Assembly: GCA_016744475.1 (NCBI GenBank)
Contig: JADGEH010000073.1
Location: 1 to 23,976 of the forward strand
Length of the DNA stretch: 23,976 nucleotides
DNA from: Thiotrichales bacterium
GTDB lineage: Bacteria; Pseudomonadota; Gammaproteobacteria; Beggiatoales; Beggiatoaceae
Direction of reading: 5' to 3'
Positions within the stretch are counted from its first letter, which is position 1, and the number at the start of each line of letters is the position of its first letter. A program made the position numbers and the translations under genes. Below, in pieces: positions 7,048-14,674 of the stretch. The notes below the pieces were generated by a model. It did no database searches. It was not told the origin of the DNA and saw nothing but the letters and a program-made list of their open reading frames with translations.

Positions 7048-7320
7048 ACACTGGATAAACTTATCCCCCCTTCTCTGCACCAAAGATAAAGTGTGGGATA
7101 ACTCCGTGGATAAGTCTGTAGATAACTATGTGGATAAGTTGTGGGATAACCGTGGTAAAACTTAGCGGCTCATCTGCTCACTCAAGATAGGCTTTTTAAC
7201 AGTGAACATCTTTGCGTCTTAAACAACAGATATATACATAATATACATACATGTGTGATTTCTTAATGATTGATTTATAAATAGTAAACAAGCTTATCCC
7301 ACAACTTATCCCCTCTAATA
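7048..7320 (+). promoter_or_regulatory. Origin-like region. A divergent box pair sits at 7052-7069 (TGGATAAAC / TTATCCCCC). A 12-bp-phased direct array of 6-7 DnaA-box-like units spans 7080-7163; its GATAA cores fall at 7085, 7097, 7109, 7121, 7133 and 7145, and it includes an exact TGTGGATAA at 7129-7137 and TGTGGGATAA at 7092-7101 and 7140-7149. An AT-rich tract at 7200-7290 has tandem atatacata repeats. Inverted boxes TTATCCCACA and TTATCCCCT sit at 7295-7315.
   Basis: E. coli DnaA box consensus TTATCCACA / TGTGGATAA; the exact 12-bp periodicity was counted by hand. The AT-rich tract adjoins the array. The whole 362-bp segment lies between two inverted copies of MITE family 1. Confidence 0.55.
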
Positions 7321-7386
7321 AACATAACAATAATTTTATATATAAGATTTAACTAACACCTTATTGAAGCTTTATACTGCGCTTTG

Positions 7387-7548
7387 AGAGCCTATACAAA
7401 AATGGGATAATCGGCTGCAAACCCGCCCTTTTGGTCAGATTTTCCGCTTTTTCTCAACAAATAGCCTGCTATTCGCCTTCAAAAAACCGAAAAATCTGCC
7501 TCAAAATGGCGGATTTTCGCTTCGATTCCCCATCTTCGTATAGGCTCT
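7387..7548 (-). mobile_element. MITE family 1, full copy in inverted orientation.
   Basis: Its ends, agagcctatacaaaaatgggataatcggctgcaaacccgcc... and ...cgcttcgattccccatcttcgtataggctct, are the reverse complement of the 6865-7024 copy. Confidence 0.8.
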
Positions 7549-7638
7549 TAATCTCTAAAAATAGACAAGTCTATTTATTTCACACATCCTTATCCTTCAA
7601 ATCACTGGGTATGACACCCAAACAGCAAAATTTAGCGT

Positions 7639-8130
7639 ATGAATTTAGATCATCATCAAGGCGGTTGGGTTATTTTTGCCAGTTTCATATTGGCGATATT
7701 ATTAATGCTCATCCCGTTACCCCTATGGGCTGGTTTTTGGCGACCGGATTGGGTCGCTATGGTGTTAATTTACTGGTGTATGGCGCTGCCACAGCGTGTG
7801 GGCGTGTTTTCCGGGTGGTTGGTAGGCTTAGTGCTGGATGTACTGCTAGGCAGCTTATTAGGCCAGCACGCTTTAGTCTTAGCATTGGTGGCTTACTTAA
7901 GCGGTAAAGTGCATCGACGTTTAAGGGTTTATCCCCTACGTCAGCAAGTTTTTGTGGTGTTTTCTTTAGTCGCTATGGTGCATGTATTTAATGCCTGGAT
8001 GCGCCATTTGCAGGGTTATCCCACCGCTTCACAATTGGAGTTTTTATATCCTGCGATGACTAGCTTTTTTCTGTGGCCTTGGGTGTTTATCAGTTTACGT
8101 ATGCTGCGCCGTGGTTTACATGTGCGTTAA
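7639..8130 (+). CDS. mreD: Rod-shape-determining protein MreD, 163 aa.
   Basis: MNLDHHQGGWVIFASFILAILLMLIP...RPDWVAMVLIYWCMALPQRVGVFSGW... against E. coli MreD [26 protein letters not shown]...[26 protein letters not shown].... Polytopic membrane protein. Confidence 0.8.
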   Translation: MNLDHHQGGWVIFASFILAILLMLIPLPLWAGFWRPDWVAMVLIYWCMALPQRVGVFSGWLVGLVLDVLLGSLLGQHALVLALVAYLSGKVHRRLRVYPLRQQVFVVFSLVAMVHVFNAWMRHLQGYPTASQLEFLYPAMTSFFLWPWVFISLRMLRRGLHVR

Positions 8131-8162
8131 GGTATCGACCTTAAGGTGCTTTTGCTGACCTA

Positions 8163-8177
8163 CTTCGTATAGACTCT
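8163..8177 (-). repeat. Solo terminal inverted repeat of MITE family 1 (cttcgtatagactct). A 7-bp palindrome (ggctcat...atgagcc) follows at 8181-8201.
   Basis: Matches the right-end repeat ttcgtataggctct with one mismatch. Confidence 0.4.
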
Positions 8178-8227
8178 AAGGCTCATATTGTTCATGAGCC
8201 TTTTTGCCACTGACGGAGAACCCTTTC

Positions 8228-8953
8228 ATGAAGTTTTTATTATTATTCAGCGTGTTGCTGAGTCATTCCTTGTTAGCCACCGAAACCCCTGTGACCCCTC
8301 CGAATCATCCGCCTAAAGCGGCGGGCGCACATGGCAAAAACGTGCACCCGCATACACCACTGCCCCCTGAAAAACGCATTCTCGCAGCTTTGCAGCATAA
8401 AGCTGAAGGCCGTTTACCTGAAGCCATTGAAGAATTGACGATGGCTTTGGCACAACAAGGGCCTCATGCGCAATTATTAGCCATTCGAGGCAGTTTGTAT
8501 TTAGAACAGGGCAAGGTGAGTCCGGCCTTAAAAGACTTGGAAGCCTCGCTACACATTGAACCTAAAAACGCGGATGCTTTAACCAATCGCGCTCAAGCCT
8601 ATCGTCGTTTTGGACGTAATAAAGAAGCGCTAGAAGATTTGCATCAAGCGGTGGTGATTAATCCTGATTTAGCGGCTGCGCGTTTTAATCGCGGTGTGAT
8701 GTTATTTAACCAAGGAGATGTGACGGCTGCACAAGTCGATTTTGAATATTGCATGGCACTTGATCCACATATGCCCGCACCGTATTTTAATCGGGCGATG
8801 ATTCTTGATGGACAAGGAGAACGTGATAAAGCTATCGCTGATTTACAACATTTTTTAAGCTTAGAGAAAAATCCGCAATGGCGTAAAACAGCAGAGGAAC
8901 AACTTCAGCAATGGACAAAAGCAACACCTGATACTTCTAAAGAGGAAAAATAA
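8228..8953 (+). CDS. Secreted TPR-repeat protein. Signal peptide MKFLLLFSVLLSHSLLA, then five or more TPR-like units.
   Basis: The start is set at the second Met, which has GGAG about 10 nt upstream. There are repeating 34-aa helical motifs (ALTNRAQAYRRFGRNKEALEDLHQAVVINPDLAAARFNRG...). Confidence 0.7.
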   Translation: MKFLLLFSVLLSHSLLATETPVTPPNHPPKAAGAHGKNVHPHTPLPPEKRILAALQHKAEGRLPEAIEELTMALAQQGPHAQLLAIRGSLYLEQGKVSPALKDLEASLHIEPKNADALTNRAQAYRRFGRNKEALEDLHQAVVINPDLAAARFNRGVMLFNQGDVTAAQVDFEYCMALDPHMPAPYFNRAMILDGQGERDKAIADLQHFLSLEKNPQWRKTAEEQLQQWTKATPDTSKEEK

Positions 8954-8955
8954 TC

Positions 8956-9534
8956 ATGAGGTATTGGAAAATACTATGGATAGGCTTCAGTGTGTTGCTC
9001 TCTTTGAGTATTCAAGCACAAGAATCTGTAGATTTATTTACAGATTTGTTGGCAGAAGCTCAATTGAAATGGACTGCGCCTAAAGATTTTAAGCCTACGC
9101 CCATTAAAGACAATGCTTTATTACCTTATGAACAAGCGCTACTGAATAAGGATGGCAGTTTGGAAATTCGTTATGCTGTGCGCCCGTTAAAGCGTTTGGA
9201 AATTGAGTATAACGATCCCCATAATGCGGCTCCCGAACCGAATCATATTTTTCCTTTATTGTTTGATACTTTAACGGGGAATTTATCCGGCGGACGGCAT
9301 AGCCCTTCGCGTGAATATCCACCGGATCAAACTAAAAAATATTTTAATGCGGACTGGGCGGCGGCTTCGGTGTTTGATGTATTGCCTGATTTTAAGACGG
9401 ATCATTCACAGGTATTGTTAATCGCACTGCATAAAAACGCGGTGGCTGATGCGTATGTGCTGTATTTGTTTAACGACTATTCGCAAGTGAAAGCGGTGAT
9501 TAACACCCACTTATCTACTTTGCAGTTTCGATAA
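8956..9534 (+). CDS. Hypothetical secreted protein of 192 aa with signal peptide MRYWKILWIGFSVLLSLSIQA. It is 2 nt downstream of the TPR gene.
   Basis: ORF with an N-terminal signal sequence. Its position suggests an operon with the TPR gene. Confidence 0.55.
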   Translation: MRYWKILWIGFSVLLSLSIQAQESVDLFTDLLAEAQLKWTAPKDFKPTPIKDNALLPYEQALLNKDGSLEIRYAVRPLKRLEIEYNDPHNAAPEPNHIFPLLFDTLTGNLSGGRHSPSREYPPDQTKKYFNADWAAASVFDVLPDFKTDHSQVLLIALHKNAVADAYVLYLFNDYSQVKAVINTHLSTLQFR

Positions 9535-9633
9535 GTCACTGACGTTAGGCAAAGGCTAGTTTTTTATGCTTAAAAACAGATTCAAGCGCTAAAAAACCAC
9601 CATTGCACCACTAAAATTGAAAAGGAGAATAGG

Positions 9634-10554
9634 ATGGGCATTAAACGTCTGATTTTTGCTGGAACGCCGGATTTTGCAGTACCAAGTTTGGTGGCTTTGA
9701 TTGAAGCGGGTTTTGATATTTGTGGGGTTTACACACAGCCTGATCGTCCGGCAGGGCGTGGGCGGCAATTGCAGCCCAGTCCGGTGAAAAAGATCGCCTT
9801 AGAGCATGAACTCCCGGTGTTTCAACCCAGCAGCTTAAAAACCCCAGAAGCACAAGCTGAACTCATCGCTTTACAAGCCGATATGATGATTGTGGCGGCG
9901 TATGGCTTGATTTTGCCGCCAGCGGTATTGGAGGCTCCCGTTCACGGCTGCGTGAATGTTCATGCGTCTTTGTTGCCCCGCTGGCGTGGGGCTGCGCCTA
10001 TTCATCGGGCTTTGTTAGCGGGAGATGAAAAAACCGGGATTACGATTATGCAGATGGATGTCGGCTTGGATACGGGAGATATGTTGCTCAAAGCAGAGAT
10101 GCCCATTCAAGCCGATGATAACGGACAAAGCCTCCATGATCGCTTAGCCCAACAAGGCGCGGAGGCTTTACAACAAGCCTTATCTAAATGGGATGAACTC
10201 AAGCCTCAAACGCAAGACGAAGCTTTAGTCACGTATGCCCATAAACTCGAAAAAGCGGAAGCACAATTGGATTGGAATCAATCGGCTATCGCTTTAGAGC
10301 GCCAAGTACGGGCTTTCAATCCTTGGCCTGTGGCGCAAACGGAATTGCGAGAAGTGAAATTGCGCGTGTGGGATGCTAAAGCCTTAGAAGAGAGCACTGA
10401 ACAAGCCCCTGGCACCTTATTGCGTGGTCATAAACAAGGCTTAGAGGTTGCCACAGGAGAAGGTGTTTTGCGCTTATTACAGGTGCAACAAGCGAGTAAG
10501 CGCGTGTTGCCGGTGGCGGATTTTCTCAATGCTCAGCCTAGTTTTAAAAGTTAA
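9634..10554 (+). CDS. fmt: Methionyl-tRNA formyltransferase.
   Basis: IFAGTPDFAVPSL...VYTQPDRPAGRGRQLQPSPVK...NVHASLLPRWRGAAPIHRALLAGDEKTGITIMQMDVGLDTGDM aligns along its full length with E. coli Fmt. GGAG-type RBS (aaaggagaatagg). Confidence 0.9.
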   Translation: MGIKRLIFAGTPDFAVPSLVALIEAGFDICGVYTQPDRPAGRGRQLQPSPVKKIALEHELPVFQPSSLKTPEAQAELIALQADMMIVAAYGLILPPAVLEAPVHGCVNVHASLLPRWRGAAPIHRALLAGDEKTGITIMQMDVGLDTGDMLLKAEMPIQADDNGQSLHDRLAQQGAEALQQALSKWDELKPQTQDEALVTYAHKLEKAEAQLDWNQSAIALERQVRAFNPWPVAQTELREVKLRVWDAKALEESTEQAPGTLLRGHKQGLEVATGEGVLRLLQVQQASKRVLPVADFLNAQPSFKS

Positions 10555-10557
10555 TGC

Positions 10558-11049
10558 TTAGCTTCGTGATTTAGGTGGTTTAGGCGGCAACTTCACCAGT
10601 TGGGTGTGAGACAGCTTGTCATGCCAAGTCAGGCGTTGCGGATCAAATAAGCTCCAGAAAAAGCCTAAACCTAAACACGCCCAGGAGAGTGCAGAGATGA
10701 AAAAACGTATCAACAAGCGTCGATGCGTCAGAGGTTGATCATTGCTACTGATGAGTTTAACTCGCCATACTTGTAAACCTAATGTTTGTCCGCCGCGCAT
10801 CCAAGGCCAAGCAAAATAGAAATAACTTACGGCTAATAAATACAGTTGAAAGGCCAATTGTACCAATAGGTGATGCTCGCCAATCTTTTCTACGTTCATT
10901 AAACCTGTCATTGATAACAAAGGCGATACGATCACCCCGGCAAAAAACAAGACGGCTATCAGTAGTAAAGCATCGTAAAAAATAGCCACTAAACGTAAGA
11001 AAAGATGAATGGAGGGTGTTGTAGGAGAAGAGATATCTGGGTTTGACAT
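10558..11049 (-). CDS. RDD-family membrane protein.
   Basis: Three hydrophobic segments. The start is chosen at MSNPD, which lies 15 nt inside the track ORF start. Confidence 0.55.
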   Translation of the reverse strand: MSNPDISSPTTPSIHLFLRLVAIFYDALLLIAVLFFAGVIVSPLLSMTGLMNVEKIGEHHLLVQLAFQLYLLAVSYFYFAWPWMRGGQTLGLQVWRVKLISSNDQPLTHRRLLIRFFISALSWACLGLGFFWSLFDPQRLTWHDKLSHTQLVKLPPKPPKSRS

Positions 11050-11108
11050 AATCGTTCTAATCAATAAAGAAAAAGGGGGAGATGTAATACATATACAGCC
11101 ATGATGAT

Positions 11109-11390
11109 TTACAACACCATTCTAACGCTGGGATGAGCACTCAGTTCGCGGTATAAATTATCCAGTTGTTCTCGGCTATGCGCTCGCAAAGTGACAGTCA
11201 CCGAGGTGTATTTACCATTGCTACTTAAGCGAGATTTAACCGCGTTTTCGGGTAATTCATCAGAGCAATGGCGGCGTACAATAGACACCACCAAGGCATC
11301 AAAATCAGCTTGAGTTTCTCCCATGACTTTTAAAGGAAAGTCACAGGGGAAATCAAATAAATCATCGTTGGGTTCTGGAGGATTGTGCAT
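11109..11390 (-). CDS. ybeD: YbeD/UPF0250 (DUF493) family small protein.
   Basis: FDFPCDFPLKVMGETQADFDALVVSIVRRH...SSNGKYTSVTVTLRAHSREQLDNLYRELSAHPSVRMVL is typical of YbeD. The start is set at the internal Met (MHNPPE). Confidence 0.65.
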   Translation of the reverse strand: MHNPPEPNDDLFDFPCDFPLKVMGETQADFDALVVSIVRRHCSDELPENAVKSRLSSNGKYTSVTVTLRAHSREQLDNLYRELSAHPSVRMVL

Positions 11391-11803
11391 AGTAATAATG
11401 TTTAGCTTCAAAAAAGGAGTCGATTCATCAGTGAATATCATCACCCACCTTATGCGCACCACATGAAGTGAATAAAAATGTCACGCTTTTCCTGGTCTAG
11501 GAAAACTTAAAGTGCAGGGGTAGAGGTGATTACAGTCACTCAACATGATGAGGTGTTTGTATCAGATTCAGCGCATTAAACATAGCTAAAACTGAGTCAG
11601 AGCGAGGCTGATGACATTAAACCTTTGTTTATTCAGGAAAACCTCGTGTAGACAGCTTTAACTCATTCCCATGCCGCGCATCACTGTCATTCAGTGAAGG
11701 GTTTTTAGCTCCAACGGGGCGGCATCCCTATAGCCCAGGGCAACGCCCTGGGTTCGATCTCTTCATAGTTGACAGTATTTTATATTTAGATGATTATATA
11801 AAT

Positions 11804-12121
11804 ATGAAAGTAAATGAAGCCGCAGAGCTATTATCTGCATTAGCACAAGAACACCGTTTGGAAATTTACCGCTATTTGGTGCAGGCCGGCGCAGACGGCT
11901 TGGCGGCGGGACTCATCAGCGAGCATTTCGATCTTAGTGGTGCCACCGTGTCGTTTCATTTGAAAACACTTAAGCACACGGGCTTGATCGAATGCACCCG
12001 CCAGGGACGTTCGCTGATTTATTCGGCTAACTACACCGTGATGAATCATTTATTGGATTACCTCACTGAAAATTGCTGCGGCGGCAATATTTGTCGTAGC
12101 CCCTCTTGTGAGGAAGATTGA
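11804..12121 (+). CDS. ArsR/SmtB-family metalloregulator with a Cys-rich C-terminus (ENCCGGNICRSPSCEED).
   Basis: HTH region EHRLEIYRYLV...GLISEHFDLSGATVSFHLKTLKHTGLI. TTGACA at 11769-11774 and an AT-rich -10 lie only a few nt from the ATG, with no SD, so the mRNA may be leaderless. Confidence 0.8.
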   Translation: MKVNEAAELLSALAQEHRLEIYRYLVQAGADGLAAGLISEHFDLSGATVSFHLKTLKHTGLIECTRQGRSLIYSANYTVMNHLLDYLTENCCGGNICRSPSCEED

Positions 12122-12126
12122 TTATC

Positions 12127-12243
12127 CACTGCCATTCACTTAAGCCCAGTAGCATTACAAGTAGTTGATTTTATTCCCCCTCCTTCAAGGAGGGGAAGCG
12201 AGTGCTTTGAATGCTCAGCTTTTTCCTTAAGTGAATGGCAGTG
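12127..12243. repeat. Nested palindromic element. An outer 18-bp perfect inverted repeat (cactgccattcacttaag / cttaagtgaatggcagtg) encloses an inner GC hairpin (ccctcct tcaa ggaggg at 12176-12195).
   Basis: Read directly from the sequence. It fills the arsR-to-permease intergenic region. Confidence 0.6.
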
Positions 12244-12273
12244 ATTTTTCCCCTGTTACAAAAGTGAATACTC

Positions 12274-13236
12274 ATGTTTGAATTGTTGGCTAATACTTTG
12301 GTGTTTACCTGGATGGGCTTAACACCTGATTCTCAGGCGGGAGCGGCATTACATTTTTTTGTGATGGACAGCGCTAAAATTTTTTTCCTGCTGATCATTA
12401 TTATTTATGTCATGGGCTTATTACGCGCCCTGCTGTCACCTGAAAAAGTGCGGGATTACGTGCGCGGCAAACCTGTTTGGCTGGCGCGTAGCAGCGCTAT
12501 TACTTTGGGGGCTGTGACACCGTTTTGCTCCTGTTCTTCAGTGCCTTTGTTTATTGGCTTTGTCGAAGCGGGCATCCCTTTAGGCGTGACTTTTTCATTT
12601 TTAATTGCCAGCCCGATGATTAACGAAGTCGCGGCGGTGCTGTTGGTCAGCCTGTTAGGTTGGAAAATCGCTGCTTTGTATGTGTTCGCGGGGTTGCTGG
12701 TGGCTTATGTGGGCGGGGCTTTGATGGAACGTTTTAAGCCTGAGCGTTGGGTTGAATCCTATGTATGGAAGATTCAAATGGGCGAGGCTCAATGGTCAGA
12801 AGAAGATACCTCTTTGGCAGGTCGCCATCATTTTGCACTGAACGAAGTAAAAAACATTGTTGGGCGAATTTGGAAATGGGTTTTTTTAGGCATTGGTGTG
12901 GGCGCTTTATTTCATGGCTACGTGCCCGAAGCTTGGGTGGTTGAACATTTAGGCGGGAAAGATAATTGGCTGGCGGTGCCTGCCGCCGTATTGTTGGGTA
13001 TTCCCTTGTATTCTAACGCCACAGGTGTGATTCCAGTGGCAGAGGCGATGCTGGGGAAAGGCGTGGCATTGGGCACCACTTTGGCGTTAATGATGAGCAT
13101 TGCGGCTTTGTCATTGCCAGAAATGCTGATTCTGCGCAAAGTCATTCGTTGGCCTGCATTAGCGCTATATGCCAGCATTTTAGCCGTGGCTTTTATGCTG
13201 GTGGGCTGGAGCTTTAATATTTTAGAAGCGTTCTAA
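12274..13236 (+). CDS. DUF318/COG0701-type permease, 320 aa and polytopic, with a CSC motif (TPFCSCSSVPL). This family is commonly paired with ArsR and a thioredoxin-like protein.
   Basis: Hydrophobicity pattern and family signature. The gene-neighbourhood logic is from memory. Confidence 0.7.
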   Translation: MFELLANTLVFTWMGLTPDSQAGAALHFFVMDSAKIFFLLIIIIYVMGLLRALLSPEKVRDYVRGKPVWLARSSAITLGAVTPFCSCSSVPLFIGFVEAGIPLGVTFSFLIASPMINEVAAVLLVSLLGWKIAALYVFAGLLVAYVGGALMERFKPERWVESYVWKIQMGEAQWSEEDTSLAGRHHFALNEVKNIVGRIWKWVFLGIGVGALFHGYVPEAWVVEHLGGKDNWLAVPAAVLLGIPLYSNATGVIPVAEAMLGKGVALGTTLALMMSIAALSLPEMLILRKVIRWPALALYASILAVAFMLVGWSFNILEAF

Positions 13237-13243
13237 GGGACAT

Positions 13244-13404
13244 TAGACTTGTCCAGGCTTAAGACACCGACTGCAAAACAGCGGATATTGGCGGTTTTCC
13301 CCGTTCATTTTCGTTAAATAGAATGACTATTCGCCTCAAATGAACGAAAAAAACCGCTCAATCCCGCTGCTTTTCGCTACGGCGCTTAAGCCTGGATAAG
13401 TCTA
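13244..13404 (+). mobile_element. MITE family 2, full copy of 161 bp with terminal inverted repeats tagacttgtccaggcttaag / cttaagcctggataagtcta. It is inserted between the permease gene and the thioredoxin-like gene.
   Basis: Terminal repeats read directly. A partial inverted copy lies at 6646-6718. The repeat contains CTGGATAAGTCT, which shares an 11-mer with unit 3 of the DnaA-box array. Confidence 0.75.
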
Positions 13405-13516
13405 TTTTTTACCACAGAGACACAAAGGACAGGGAGTTGTATTTTAAAGATTTTCTTTATTCTCTGTGCCTCCGTGGTGAGAAACATAATGAAGGTCATT
13501 TAAACAGGAGAAAACG

Positions 13517-13783
13517 ATGTTTGACGTTAAAGTATTGGGGAGTGGTTGTCGCAATTGTGAAACCACGCACAAGATGATTGAGGAAGTGTGCTCAGAGAAT
13601 GCCATTCCCATCACCTTAGATAAAGTGGAAGACATGGCGCAAATCATGTCCTACGGCATTATGTCAACGCCCGGTGTGGTGGTTGACGGCAAAATAGCCC
13701 ATGCGGGTGGAGTGCCGGATAAAAAAACCGTGTTGTCTTGGTTTCAAGCGAAATGCTGCCCCGGCAACGATAATTGCTGCTAA
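13517..13783 (+). CDS. Thioredoxin-fold redox-active disulfide protein (TM0983 / redox-active disulfide protein 2 type) of 88 aa, with a GSGCRNCE CxxC motif and a C-terminal CCPGNDNCC.
   Basis: Motifs, size, and an AGGAG RBS. Confidence 0.75.
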   Translation: MFDVKVLGSGCRNCETTHKMIEEVCSENAIPITLDKVEDMAQIMSYGIMSTPGVVVDGKIAHAGGVPDKKTVLSWFQAKCCPGNDNCC

Positions 13784-13796
13784 AACAGTGGTTTAA

Positions 13797-13830
13797 GAGT
13801 CTATGCTGAGTTTCCTCTGGCATAGACTCT
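13797..13830. other. 11-bp perfect inverted repeat (agagtctatgc / gcatagactct) with a 12-nt loop, between the convergent thioredoxin-like and cbbQ genes. It has no clear U-tract.
   Basis: Read directly. It may be a weak terminator or a structural element. Confidence 0.4.
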
Positions 13831-13861
13831 GATGGGCGAAAAAGGACAAGGAACACCGCTT

Positions 13862-14674
13862 CTAAAACAGCGAGGCACTCAATTCGTCGATAGCGGCGAG
13901 CATTTCTGGGTCGTCCGTCAAGGCTTGAGCTATCGCGCTGTGACACGCGGTAACGGGTTTGACTCCCGTATGAATCAATTTACCAGCATGAACTAATAAG
14001 CGCGTGCTGGCCCCTTCATCTAAACCATTACCTTTCAAATTACGGGTCATCTGCGCAAACTTCACCAAGTTATCCGCCATGGGGCGGTCAATCTGGCTTT
14101 CATTCATGACAATTTTGCTTTCTAAGGCCGACTTGGGATAGTCAAATTCTAAGGCCACAAAACGCTGGCGTGTGCTTTGTTTTAAATCCTTCAAAACACT
14201 TTGATAACCAGGGTTGTAGGACATGGTGAGACAAAAGGCGGGCGTGGCTTCTAATAATTCGCCAATTTTTTCCATCGGCAACACCCGTCTATCATCGGCT
14301 AAAGGATGAATCACCACGGTAGTATCTTTACGGGCTTCGACCACTTCATCCAGATAACAAATGCCACCATGTCGCACGGCTCGTGCTAATGGGCCATCTA
14401 CCCATACGGTTTCGCCACCACTGATTAAAAAACGCCCGACCAGATCAGAGGCGGTTAAATCATCATGACAAGAGACCGTGAGTAACGGACGCTTCAAGCG
14501 CCAAGCCATGTGCTCAATAAAACGGGTTTTGCCACAGCCCGTAGGGCCTTTTAATAACAGCGGTAATTGATTCGCATAGGCCGCTTCAAATAATTCGATT
14601 TCGCTGCCTATCGCTTCATAATAAGGCTCGTTTTCAATAATATAACTTTCAGGTTTAAGTACTCGCGCTTCCAT
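13862..14674 (-). CDS. cbbQ: CbbQ/NirQ/NorQ-type MoxR AAA+ ATPase.
   Basis: [43 protein letters not shown], Walker [19 protein letters not shown]. Confidence 0.85.
   Translation of the reverse strand: MEARVLKPESYIIENEPYYEAIGSEIELFEAAYANQLPLLLKGPTGCGKTRFIEHMAWRLKRPLLTVSCHDDLTASDLVGRFLISGGETVWVDGPLARAVRHGGICYLDEVVEARKDTTVVIHPLADDRRVLPMEKIGELLEATPAFCLTMSYNPGYQSVLKDLKQSTRQRFVALEFDYPKSALESKIVMNESQIDRPMADNLVKFAQMTRNLKGNGLDEGASTRLLVHAGKLIHTGVKPVTACHSAIAQALTDDPEMLAAIDELSASLF

Noticed and set aside
7080-7163. Could the 12-bp direct-repeat array be a CRISPR array or a simple satellite?
   Set aside because: The units are contiguous with no spacers, and at 12 bp they are far shorter than CRISPR repeats. 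The motif is a known protein-binding site (DnaA box), and box-like motifs in both orientations also flank the adjacent AT-rich tract. That is not satellite behaviour.
7431-7907. 158-aa ORF on the plus strand spanning the inverted MITE copy and the first half of mreD
   Set aside because: It reads through a repeat element and is out of frame with the clearly homologous MreD sequence, so it is spurious.
11690-11760. gggttcgatctc next to an 8-bp GC hairpin (cccagggcaacgccctggg) in the ybeD-arsR intergenic region looked tRNA-like
   Set aside because: No acceptor, D or anticodon arms can be assembled. It is more likely a terminator or structural hairpin for the divergent region. I could not support it as an RNA gene.
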